From Octopus sinensis (taxonomy: Eukaryota), in contig NC_043001.1 of NCBI RefSeq assembly GCF_006345805.1, positions 83,700,001 through 83,764,000 of the forward strand: DNA of 64,000 nt. Reading direction: 5' to 3'. Both the position numbers and the translations under genes were made by a program. Numbering within the stretch: position 1 is the stretch's first letter; the number at the start of each line of letters is the position of its first letter. The notes beneath the pieces are model-generated. The model worked only from the letters and a program-made list of their open reading frames with translations. It made no database searches and had not been told where the DNA came from. Below, one piece after another: positions 11,798 to 23,857 of the stretch.

Positions 11798-12005
11798 GAA
11801 GTTAAAAGTTATGGCCGGTCATAGAGTGACGACTGGTTTCACACCTATATAATGCTTAGCAGTATAGCTGACGTCAGACTCAAATGGCTGAAGGAGTATA
11901 ACCTCTCTATCTTTAGAGAGGTTATGCACCTTTAGCCATTTGAGTAATACGCGTCGCCTATACTGCCAATGGTCACTCTATGAGCAGCCTTAACTTTTAG
12001 CTTCC
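11798..12005. repeat. Imperfect foldback with a degenerate hammerhead-like motif
   Basis: ACTCAAATGGCT...ATAACCTCTCTA/TAGAGAGGTTAT...AGCCATTTGAGT and CATAGAGTGAC/GTCACTCTATG arms. Minus strand reads CTGCTAA-GCAT..GTGT-GAAACCAGTC. Confidence 0.6.
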
Positions 12006-12422
12006 TATGTATATATATATATATATATATATCACCGTGACCGACCAGGCTATCAGATGTTGCTACACATCGCTGGTCACAATGCGCTTCGCATTGTTTT
12101 AGCCTTCAAATGACGCCATCCCGCTGGCTAAGCGAGCAGGCCAACAACAGAAAAAGTGAGAGAAAGTTGTGGCGAAAGAGTACAGCAGGGACCGCCACCA
12201 TCCCCTGCCGGAGCCTCGTGGAGCTTTAGGTGTTTTCGCTCAATAAACACTCACATCGCCCGGTCTGGGAAACAAAACCGCGATCCTACGACCGCTGCCC
12301 TAACCACTGGGCCATTGCGCCTCCATATATATATATAAGGATAAAATCGTTATTTAAAATACCGATCCTATCAAGTGGCCAGCATGGGTATAAAAACCTC
12401 AAAAGGTAATAATTATTATTAA

Positions 12423-12565
12423 AATTATAATTAAGGATATCTAAGAGATACCACCATGCCTGAGATAGCAGTCAAAACTTGACTCTAAAACCGCATTATG
12501 TGGTTTTAGAGTCAAGTTTTCACTGCTATTTCAAGCATGGTGGTATCTCTTAGATACCCTTAATT

Positions 12566-12572
<7 letters not shown>
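12423..12572. repeat. Near-perfect ~150-bp hairpin
   Basis: AATTATAATTAAGG-TATCTAAGAGATACCACCATGC...AAAACTTGACTCTAAAACC mirrored around about 12496. Confidence 0.85.
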
Positions 12573-12605
<33 letters not shown>

Positions 12606-12628
12606 TATATATCTATATATATATATAT

Positions 12629-12682
<54 letters not shown>

Positions 12683-12729
12683 AGCTTGACAGTCTTAAAT
12701 AGACGAATGTCGGCATATCTACACAGCTG

Positions 12730-13740
12730 TGCCCCTACTCGACTTTGTTTCCTCATAACTTTCAGAAAAATGGATATCTTTTATTGAAATTTTCTACAGA
12801 ATTCTTTTGAGATGATACAGATTACGATTATATCGGAATTTAATGTGAAAAAAATTTTTCGAGTCTGAGGTGAGAAGTTTCGGAAGATTCACGCGAGTTG
12901 GATTAGATTTCTTATATTTTTCAGAAAAATAGTCATTTTTTTGATAAAATGTTCTACAAATAGCTTTCAAAGCGTGTGCATTACAAATAGATCGGAATAT
13001 AATATTAAAAAACAAAATAAATTGGTGGATTCGTTCTCATACATACTGATACACATCATAATTTTTTTTCGAAATCTCAAGTTTCGTTTTGTAGATATGT
13101 GACGTGTGTTAGTATGTAATGTGTATTAGCCTACCAAATCTTTTTTCATATCAAATTCCGATATAATCCCAATCTATACACTCTGAAAGATATTTATAGA
13201 AAATTTCATTAAAAAATTATCCATTTTTCTGAAAGTTGTGTAAATCGTCCAAAACTTCTCACCCCATCTTTAGTATATAATTGGAATCTACACCGTCTGA
13301 AGCGTATTTGTTGAAAATTTCATTAAAAAAGTGGTAAGAAGTCTGCTTCTCAAACACATGGTTCCGGGTTCAGTCCCACGTGGGTAAGTGTCTTCTACTA
13401 CAGCCTTAAGCCGAGCAAAGCCTTGTGAATGGATTTGGTAGACTGAAACTGAAAAGAAGCCCGTCGTATATGTGTGTGTGTGTGCTCTTGTATTCATGTC
13501 TGTCCCCCATCACCGCTGGACAACCGGTGTTGGTGTGTTTATGTCACCGTAACTTAGTGGTTCGGCAAAAGTAACCGATAGAATAACTACTATGCTTAAA
13601 AATAAATAAATCCTGGGGTCGATTTGTCCGACTAACACCCTTCAAGGCGATAATCCAGTATGACTAAAACAAGTAAAAGAATAAAAAAAAATAAAAGAAT
13701 TTTCTTGAATTTATGAGGAAACAAATTCGGTGAAGTATAG
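12730..13740. mobile_element. MITE-like DNA element with subterminal inverted repeats, interrupted by a family B SINE
   Basis: TTTGTTTCCTCATAACTTTCAGAAAA (about 12745) versus TTTTCTTGAATTTATGAGGAAACAAA (about 13700); internal inverted copies. Confidence 0.55.
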
Positions 13741-15247
13741 GTATGAGGTATAGGTACTTGTATAGGTATGTACTGGTGTTATATATGTTATTCCATGATG
13801 AGGTGACTTACATATACACAAAAATTCAGGTGCGTGTGTACGTATATGGATGTGTGTAGGTGATTGTTGTAGGAAAATTACCAACATTTATATAATGTGG
13901 TACACAGATATGTCCAATTGACATCATATAGCGTGACATTATCAGTTCAACAAGGACATTGTGGAGGAGTGGGTGAAACGATTGTCTTTAATTCTTTCGT
14001 TCTTAAGCAACTTCAACATTTGTACTTTACTGACGGTTCAACACTTACCCAGGGCACGCGGGGACAAATAGACACACACACACACACCACACATACATAA
14101 TATGCACACGCATACGCAATATACACGTACACACTCGCACACACCATGTATATTCCTGCATATATATGCAGGTGTGGCGTGGCTGTGTGGTAAGAAGTTT
14201 GGTTCCCAGCCACATGCTTCTGGGTTTAGTCGCCTTGCGTGACACTTCAGACAAGTGCCTTCGGCTAAAGATTTGGGCCGACCAAAGCCTTCTGAGTGGA
14301 TTTGGTAAACTGAAAGAAGTCTACAACAGGAGAACGGATACGTACTCTTTTACTCTTTTACTTGCTTCAGTCATTTGACTGCGGCCATGCTGGAGCACCG
14401 CCTTTAGTCGAGCAAATCGACACCCAGGACTTATTCTTTGGAAGCCTAGTACTTATTCTATCGGACTCTTTTGCTGAACCGCTAAGTTACGGGGACTTAA
14501 ACTCACCATCATCTGTTGTCAAGCGATGTTGCAGGACAAACACAGACACACAAACATATACACACACATACATACATACATACATACATGCATACATGCA
14601 TACATACATACATATATATATACATATATACGACGGGCTTCTTTCAGTTTCCATCTACCATATCCACTCACAAGGCTTTGGTCGGCCCGAGGCTATAGTA
14701 GAAGACACTTGCCCAAGGTGCCACGCAGTGGGAATGAACCCGGAACTATGTAGTTGGTAAGCAAGTTACTTACCACGCAGCCATTCCTGCACCTATACAT
14801 ACATACATACATGCTAGAAGACAATTGGCCAGGATGCCACGCATTGAGACTGAACCCAGAACCATGTGCTTGAGAAGTGAGCATCTTACTTCTCAGCCAC
14901 GCTTGCACCTATATATATATATGAAAAGTTCCTGGCTCTGGGTAAAAGAAAATACAGGCGGATCAGTTAATTTTGATTTTATCCAACACATCCCCCTCTC
15001 CGATTCACACACTTACTGAAGCGGTTCTTCAGTTTTTCTAAACCCTGTATAAGAATTCGGAAGCTTGGGCCTCCAGCCAGGCCTTTCCCGATTGCTTTAA
15101 AGCCAAGAACTTTTATGACCCCTACCTGTCGTATGTATAAGCGTACAATATATGATGGTGTTTAAGGGTCCATGGCCTAGTAGCTTGGGTGTTGGTCTCA
15201 TGACTGCGAGGTTGTGGTTTCAATTACTGGAACTTTTCAACACCCAT

Positions 15248-15283
<36 letters not shown>

Positions 15284-15296
15284 ATGCATGTATGTG

Positions 15297-15672
15297 AAGG
15301 CGCAATGGCACAGTGGGTAGGGTAGCGGACTCGCGATTGTAGGATCGCGGTTTCGATTCCCAGACCGGGCTTTGTGAGTGTTTATTGAGCAAAAACACCT
15401 AAATCTCCACGCGTTCCGGCAGGGGGAGGTAGTGAACCCTCCTGTACTCTTTCACCACAACCTTCTCTCATTCTTTCTTTCTATTTCTGCTGTACCTGTA
15501 TTTCAAAGGGCCAGCCTTGTCACACTTTGTGTCACGCTGAATCTCCCCGAGAACTACATAGAGGGTACACGTGTCTGTGGAGTGCTCAGCCACTTGCACG
15601 TTAATTTCACGAGCAGGCTGTTCCGTTGATCAGATCAACCGGAACCCTCGTCGTCGTAACCGACGGAGTGCC
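15297..15672 (+). mobile_element. tRNA-derived SINE family C (Deu/Nin-domain-like 3' part)
   Basis: Head GGCGCAATGGC.CAGTGG.TAGGG...GGTTTCGATTCC, body ending GGAACCCTCGTCGTCGTAACCGACGGAGTGC. Copies at 21733-22112+ and 42136-42515+ (TSD AACTTAGACAA), variants at 12033-12325-, 34710-34945-, 38908-39173-, 20035-20360-, 54385-54595+. Confidence 0.85.
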
Positions 15673-16808
15673 AGTCATGCATGTATGTATGTATGTGTGT
15701 GTGTGTGTGTGTGTATGTATGTACGTACGTGCGTGTGTGTGTGTATGTGTGTGCGTGCGTGCGTGCGTGCATGTGTATGTATGTATGTATGTATTTATGT
15801 ATGTATGTATGTATCAATCTTCTCTGTAAAAAAAAATGTGCCCTTTTAAAGTCTAGCCAGGCTCATGGGCCCGGTTTCCCGGTTTTGTGACGTATGTGAT
15901 CCCCAGCTGGACGGGACGCCAGTCCATCGCAGCATTACTCATTTTTACCAGCTGAGTCGACTGGAACAACGTGAAACGAAGTGTTTTGCTCAAGAACACA
16001 ACGCGTCGCCCGGTCCAGGAATCGAAACTACAATTTTACGATCACGATGCAGACACCCTGACCACTAAGCCACGCGCCTCCACCCATCTTCACTGTAGGT
16101 AAAGTTAAAATGTAAACACATTCTTTCTATAGTATAGAAAGAATGCGTTTACATTCCAGTTTGGATAATTCTTATCTGATAATTCTGATAAGTCATCGAA
16201 GAATCACCATACTGACGCAGATCTAGCCTGATTTAAAATGTCAAGTATGTTGATTAAAGACAAAGTAACGTATGAGATAATAGTATAAGAGTGTATATGA
16301 CTGGACTATGAACTCTATCGTCTCTAGAATGTATGTTTACAATATTTATATGTACACTACTGTCTTTGAAATATATTCCATCTTTGATCGATGTTGTTGA
16401 AATAGGGGTTGTTAAGAAAGTTCGCTTTGTAACCGATGTAATTTCGGGTTCAGTCCCACTGTGGGGAACCTAGGACAAGTGTCTTTTTACTATTGCCATG
16501 GGCCGACCAATACCTTGTCAGTGAATTCGGAAGTCGGAAATTGTGCGCACGCACGCATGCATGTGTCCACCCGCCGTTAGGTTACTGGTAGAAAAAGCAG
16601 GGTTTTGTATAGAAAACAGGAATGGTTTTTTTTTCTCATAGGCGCAGGCGTGGCTGTGTGGTAAGAAGCTTGCTTCCCAACCACATGGTTTCGTGTTCAG
16701 TTCCACTGCATGTAACCTTGGGCAAGTGTCTTCTACTATAGCCTCGGGCTGACCATAGCCTGTGAGTGGATTTGATAGAAGAAAACTGAAAGAAACGCGT
16801 CATGTATA

Positions 16809-16875
<67 letters not shown>

Positions 16876-17283
16876 GTGTGTGTGTGTGTATATATTTATG
16901 TATGTGTGTGTTTGTGTTTGTCCTCCACCACCATCGCTTGACAACCAGTGCTGGTGTGTTTAGGTCCCCGTAGCGGTTCGGCAATAGAGTCCGGCAGAAT
17001 AAGACCCTAGCTTTTAAAAACATAAGTACTGGCGTTTATTCATTCGACTTAAAATTCTCCAAGGTGGTGCTCCAGCATGGCCACAGTCTAATAACTGAAG
17101 TAAAAGATAAAATAATAGGCGCAGGCATAGCTGTGTGGTCAGACATTTGCTTCCCAACCAAATGGTCATTCATATTCCAGAGTGTTGTGCATGTATCCGA
17201 ATATTTGGAGATCCGTCAATTAGGGTTCAAATTTAATATAGCAACAAACTATGCCTCGCAATTACACTTTTTTTATAGGTGGG

Positions 17284-17318
<35 letters not shown>

Positions 17319-17352
<34 letters not shown>

Positions 17353-18461
17353 TGAGAATGTGTGTCTGTCTGTCTGTGTGTTTCCCTAAAACTTGAGAAC
17401 TACTCAACCAATCTCATTCAAATTTTACACATGCCTTACTTAGGGTCCGGGGAGTGTCATCGGCAAAAACATTTTTAACTTTTTGCCTAGGGCGAGCTCA
17501 CAGCAATATCATATCTTCTCCACTACGATTCCCTAAAACTTGAGAACTACACAACCAATTCCATTCAAATTTTACACATGCCTTACTTAGGCTCCATGTA
17601 ATTTCAACTTCTTGTCTAGAGCGAGCCCATAGCAATATCATATCTTCTCCACTATTTCAGTATTACGTGTTAAAAATGAAACAAAAACGTTTCCCTATTT
17701 TATGTCAGATACTTTCACATTAACAATAAAAATAATAATAACAATTGAATTATATGTAGTAAGTAATAATTAAAATCAAACTAAAGTATAATATAATCGA
17801 AACATAACAAAAGTAAAATTAGCAATTGGTATAAAATTGCATCAATGATTTGAACTTGAATAAGTGGTTTCACATGAATGGGAATAAATTAAAAATAAAA
17901 TTAGCGTGCAGAAATGAAATAGTCCAGATGGATAATAAAAAATAAAATTAAAGAAAAGACTATTGTCTATAAAGAATACAATGTAGAGAAAAAAGATTTG
18001 AACATATGGAGGAAAGCACCTTCGAAAAGTGTCTTGGTGCGACTATGAAAAGTATCTAATCAGAGGCGGTAAATTCGCCACAATAGAAGCAATAGAAGCA
18101 ATCGAGCAAGTGGAAATATTTTATTTTTACCTTTATATCTGGTACGTAGGACGTGCCGGAAAAAAATTTTTAATGCCCCCCCCCCCCCCGAAGTAAAGGT
18201 AGGCTGGATTGTAGCCACACTTCTATACAAGAGGGAGGACAAGATACAATTGATCGAAATTACAAGAGACGAGCTAACAATTCCAGTCTGTTATATATTT
18301 TGAGTATTGTTATCACTAACGATATCAAGATATAACTTTGTATTTTGTATTTTATGAGTAGATGTATATATATAGATGTACATGTAATATGTACACATAT
18401 ATATACACATATATACATGCACTAGCACTATGACCCGGCAACGACGGGTCTTTAATGCTAG
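17319..18461 (+). mobile_element. Non-autonomous Helitron-like element
   Basis: 5' TC-TATATA...(GTCT)n, internal ~150-bp duplication (CCCTAAAACTTGAGAACTAC at about 17384 and 17531), 3' hairpin GACCCG-GCAACGA-CGGGTC (18432-18450) then CTAG-T terminus. Confidence 0.65.
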
Positions 18462-18501
<40 letters not shown>

Positions 18502-18634
18502 ATATATATACACACATATATACACATATATATACACATATATATACACATATATACACATATATATACACATATATATACACATATATATACATATATA
18601 TATATACATATACATATATATATACATATATATA

Positions 18635-18665
<31 letters not shown>

Positions 18666-19004
18666 ACATATACATATATACATATACATATATATATACA
18701 TATATATATATACATATATATACATATATATACATATACTATATATATACATATATATATATACATATATATACATATATATACATATACATATATATAT
18801 ACATATACATATATATACACACACATATATATATACATATATATATATATACACACATATATATACATATACTATATATATACACACATATATATACATA
18901 TACATATATATACATATATATATATACACACACATATATATACATATATACATATACATTATATATACATATACATATATACATATATATACACACACAC
19001 ACAC

Positions 19005-19037
<33 letters not shown>

Positions 19038-19080
19038 CCACACACACACACACACACACACATATATACATATATATATA
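18462..19080. repeat. Compound (TA)n/(TACATA)n/(CA)n microsatellite
   Basis: About 620 bp of low-complexity repeat; source of several spurious Y/I/H-rich ORFs. Confidence 0.95.
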
Positions 19081-20477
19081 ACTGAAAGAATAAAAGAATG
19101 TTGACCATAGCCGGAGACAAAAAGTTTGCTTCGCAACCACTTGATTTCGGGTTCAGTCTCACAACGCGACACCACGGGTATAATCCTGGGTCAATCAATG
19201 TTTTGTTAGTGAATTGATTAGATAGAAAAACTTCGCGAAAGTCTGTCGCGTGTGTACGTGCGTGTATTTTCTGTTCCCACACCGCTTGACAACCGGTGTC
19301 GGTTTGTTTCATTCCCGTAACTTAGCCGTTCGGCAAAGAGACCGACAGGTGCAGGGTTCGATTCCCTGTGGAAGCTTTCTGGCCAGTTTTATCCATCTTC
19401 TAAAGGGTATTTACTTGATTTTCTAAGTTAGCCATCCTGCGTTCGCGAATTCCTTTATTTTCTGTAAAATATATTTCTTTAGTGCCCATAGTGGGCTAAA
19501 CATAGAGGGGACAAACAAAGGGATTAAGTCAATTACATCGACTCCAGTGCATAACTGGTACTTATTTAATCGACCCGGAAAGGATGAAAGGCAAAGTCAA
19601 CCTCGGCGGAATTTGAACTTAGAACCTAACGGCAGATGAAATACCACTAAGCATCTCGCCCGGCGTACTAACGATTCTGTAAAACAGCGACACACGTGGC
19701 GCCTATAAGTTTATTTACAAGACTTAAAGAAAAAAAAGAAAAAAACGCAAAAACAATATGCAGAAAACAAAAAAAACAACCCTTCAAGATAGTGCCCTTG
19801 TATGGACGTTGTCCAATGACTAAGACAAGTAAAAGAATATTCTTTTTTACTCTAGACACAAGGCCCTAAATTTTAGGGGAGGGTACTGGTACTTAATTTA
19901 TCGACTCCGAATGGATGAAAGGTAAAGTCGGAATGATGTGAACACTTTAAGTATGCCTGGATGTAGTTTTGATTTCTCTTTTACTTGATCGATTTACCTG
20001 GCACTGTCACGAAATGGTACAGTTACCAGGAGCAATCCGTCGGTTACGACGACGAGGGTCCCAGCTGATACGATCAATGGAACAGCTTGCTCGTGAAATT
20101 AACGTACAAGTGGCTGAGCACTCCACAAATACGTGTACCCTTAACGTAGTTCTCAGGAAGATTCAGCGTGACACAGAGTGTGACAAGGCTGCTGGCCCTT
20201 TGAATTACAGATACTACTCTTTTTTGCCAGCTGAGTGGACTGGAGCAACGTGAAATAAAGTAGTGTCTTGCTCAAGGACACAACGCGTCACCAGGAATTG
20301 AACTTACGACCTTACAACCGTGTGCCGAATGCCCTAACCACTAAACTTCGCGCCTTCACACAGTTAACAAGTGTTTGGTAAAGGTATCTAATATGAAATG
20401 AATACACTGCAACAATACTCTTGCAGTATTTTGCTATTTAATTTAGAACTATCATATATAAAAAAAAAACATTCCTT

Positions 20478-20950
20478 TGGTCACCGTGATAGAGAAGCAC
20501 CAAAGAAGAGGTACAAGGACTTCCTGAAGAAATCCCTCAGTGCTTGCTACATTGATCTGCGATCCAGTGGTCTGTTGTTGCCGTTGACCGTGAAGCACCA
20601 AAGAAGAGGTACAAGGACTTCCTGAAGAAATCCCTCTGTGCTTGCTACATTGATCTGCGATCCAGTGGTCTGTTGTTGCCGTTGACCGTGAAGCACCAAA
20701 GAAGAGGTACAAGGACTTCCTGAAGAAATCCCTCAGTGCTTGCTACATTGATCTGCGATCCAGTGGTCTGTTGTTGCCGTTGACCGTGAAGCTTGGCGTT
20801 TCACTGTCCCCCCGGGCAACGGCCTCCTTTGAAGACACTCGCAGGACTATCCTTGCAGACAAGAAAAGAAGCAGGAAAAATAAGGATATTACCCTGAACT
20901 ACCCACCATCCTATGCAGTCTTTGAGTTCGTACCTGCCTGTCCCGGATCG
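20478..20950 (+). mobile_element. RTE-clade (BovB-like) LINE 3' remnant containing a 98-bp tandem triplication
   Basis: Translates to GHRDREAPKKRYKDFLKKSL...ID..., ATASFEDTRRTILADKKRSRK (RTE C-terminal signature). Unit GAAGCACCAAAGAAGAGG starts at 20494, 20592 and 20690. Confidence 0.75.
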
Positions 20951-20960
20951 GAGTTTAGGC

Positions 20961-21300
20961 TAGTCGTTCTCAGTTGGGGTCACTATGGCCCCTGGAGGTC
21001 CATTTAAGAATTTTGGGGGTTCACGCAAGCAAAATAGTTAATTGGGGATCCACATTAGTATTCTAAGAGTCCACGAAAAAGAAATGTTACTGTGGATATA
21101 TTTAGGGCAAGAAACATTTAGGTTTCTTTCTCTGACGTTTTACATAAGTTCAAACTACATAAGTTTAATGTATGCATGAACCTTGAAAGGGGTTTGTATA
21201 AAACTAGTTTTTAAGCATCGAATGGCTATGGGAATCCATCAGAATAAATTGTAAGTAAAGGGGTCCATAAGTATAAAAAAAAAACCGTTGAGAATTACTG
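20961..21300. mobile_element. hAT (Charlie-like) MITE
   Basis: Degenerate TIRs TAGTCGTTCTCA / TTGAGAATTACTG; 8-bp TSD GTTTAGGC / GTTTAGAC. Confidence 0.8.
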
Positions 21301-21568
21301 GTTTAGACTTTGTTTCATTATATTTTCTTATTTTTGTATTTGTTTCTGATATTGCACTGCAGCCATGCTGGAGCACTGCCTCGTTTGGTTCGTCGAAAAA
21401 ACCATCCCTAGTTCTTAAATATCTTTAAGCTTTATTTTTCATGCCTTTTTTCTTTTTTTTTCTCTTTTTTTTTTTTTTAAGTTTGGTATAGTTTCTGTCG
21501 CACGCTTATTGTCGAACCGCTAATCTACTACGTAAACAAACCAACACCGGTTGTCAAGCAGTGCGTGT

Positions 21569-21612
<44 letters not shown>

Positions 21613-22309
21613 GACACATTCTTACATATGCACACACGAGCACACACGCTCATACACGCACACACACACACACATACACACACATACTTACAAACGCACA
21701 CACACTTATACATAGCATATATACACACATAGTGGAGGCGCAATGGCCCAGTGGTTAGGGCAGCGGACTCGCGGTCGTAGGATCGCGGTTTCGATTCCCA
21801 GACCGGGCGTTGTGAGTGTTTATTGAGCAAAAACACCTAAAGCTCCACGAGGCTCCGGCAGGGATGATGGTGATCCCTGCTGTACTCTTTCACCACAACT
21901 TTCTCTCACTCTTACTTCCTGTTCCTGAGTCGTACCTGTACATGAAAGGGCCAGCCTTATCACACTCTGTGTCACGCTGATTCTCCCCTCGAACTACGTT
22001 AAGGGTACACGTGTCTGTGGAGTGCTCAGCCACTTGCACGTTAATTTCACGAGCAGGCTGTTCCGTTGATCGGATCAACCGGAACCCTCGTCGTCGTAAC
22101 CGACGGAGTGCTTCCACATACACACATAGTACTGCATTGCTGTGTGGTTAAGAAGTTCGCTATGCAACCATATGATTTTGCGTTCAGTCCCACTACGCAG
22201 CACCTTGGCTTGTTTCTTCTAATATAACTTGGAACGTAGTGACAGACGAAATACAGCAAAGCATTTCGCCCGGCGTGCTAACGATTTCTGCCAACTCGCC
22301 GCCTCTTAT

Positions 22310-22383
22310 TAATAATAATAGTAATAATAATAATAATAATGATAATAATAATAATAATGATAATAATAATGATAATAATAATG

Positions 22384-22423
<40 letters not shown>

Positions 22424-22500
22424 TAATAATAATTATAATGATAATAATAATTATAATGATAATAATAATAATAATAATAATAATGATAATAATGATAATT

Positions 22501-22531
<31 letters not shown>

Positions 22532-22538
22532 TGATGAT
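22310..22538. repeat. (AAT)n/(GAT)n trinucleotide microsatellite
   Basis: Direct reading; produces the poly-N and poly-I ORFs. Confidence 0.95.
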
Positions 22539-22539
22539 G

Positions 22540-23072
22540 GCCCTGATGCAGTACCAGGCAGTGGCTCTCATGGCTTCTGATCTTAACTGATTGGAAGTGT
22601 TATCATGTACATTGTTTTGTCTTGGTATAAAAGATGGGCTACAGCAAATATTCTGCTCAATACCACAGATTTGCTTGTCAGTTGTTTGACCTTAACCAGC
22701 TGAGCATGTCCCTTAGTGGCTGACGATATGTGCATCTCTGATCACGAGCAGACGTAGTGGGGGAGCATCATAGCCATGTGTTGAGAGGGATTCTTTGGGG
22801 TTTGAATAGTTCACCTCTGGAAACATGGGTGGTTCTTTCAACATCCTTAAACAACCCTTATTCAGGGACCGTTTGAGCGGGATGGGCTACTCAGGCCCCA
22901 CCTGCAAGGTCATGTGCTGTTTATCTTGATATGAGATCACCATGTCGCGCACATATGGTTGTGATGCATGTGCCTGGTGTACCTTTATCAGACGGGTAGT
23001 CATGATGGGTATATTGGGCTTCGTATATTTTACCCCAGTGTCACTTTGATGGCATGAACTGCTCTCTCACTC
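22540..23072 (+). mobile_element. ~530-bp non-coding element inserted in (AAT)n
   Basis: GCCCTGATGCAGTACCAGG...GCTCTCTCACTC followed directly by (AAT)n; second copy at 8596-9112. Confidence 0.8.
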
Positions 23073-23110
<38 letters not shown>

Positions 23111-23289
23111 TAATAATAATGATAATAATAATAATGATAACTGTTTCAGATTTTGACATAAGGGGCAGCAATTTTGGGGGAGTGGATGAGTCGAATATAT
23201 TGACCTCAGTATTTCACTGGTACTTATTGTATCGATCCTGAAAGGATGAAAGACAAAGGCGAAATCGGCGGAATAATAGTAATAATAAT

Positions 23290-23804
23290 GATTTCTTTTA
23301 TTGGTCACAAGGGCTCAAGACATGGAGGACAATATCGAAGGACGAGTTACAGCAAAAAAAAAAAAAAAAAAATTACATAGACATGTAGTGTTAACATGAA
23401 TCTCGGGGAGATGCTACAACATTAAAGGATATAACAGAAGATATATAAATAGAAAGTAGAAACATAAATAAATAAATAAATAAATAATAAATAAATAAAT
23501 AAATAAACAGAATCCCCAATAGTGGGGCAGTCCGCTTAGGGTATTCCGGGGTAAATCTAAAAAATCTCGGATTACTCTGACATCTCCAAGGCATGGGTAA
23601 GTGCACTCACCGGTCTTGCCTCTGTCGACCACCTTTTGATAAACACACTAGAAGGCAACACCTCCCACTCTACCCCCACCTTCCTCTTCGACTGATATTT
23701 GAAGAAATTGATGAGGGCTTGACCAGGTAGGAATGTGTCTGTCTTCAAACCTTTCAGACGTGTCCACCACACAGCCTCTTTTGCAACAGCCACTAAGCAG
23801 AGAA

Positions 23805-23805
<1 letters not shown>
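23290..23805 (-). mobile_element. L1/Tx1-like LINE 3' fragment
   Basis: Minus ORF VAVAKEAVWWTRLKGLKTDTFL.GQALINFFKY, homologous to the 3' end of 58757-60450. Confidence 0.75.

Positions 23806-23857
<52 letters not shown>

Noticed and set aside
22670-22760. HDV-like ribozyme in the (AAT)n-targeting element
   Set aside because: Only a simple stem could be drawn; I could not build the nested double pseudoknot by eye.
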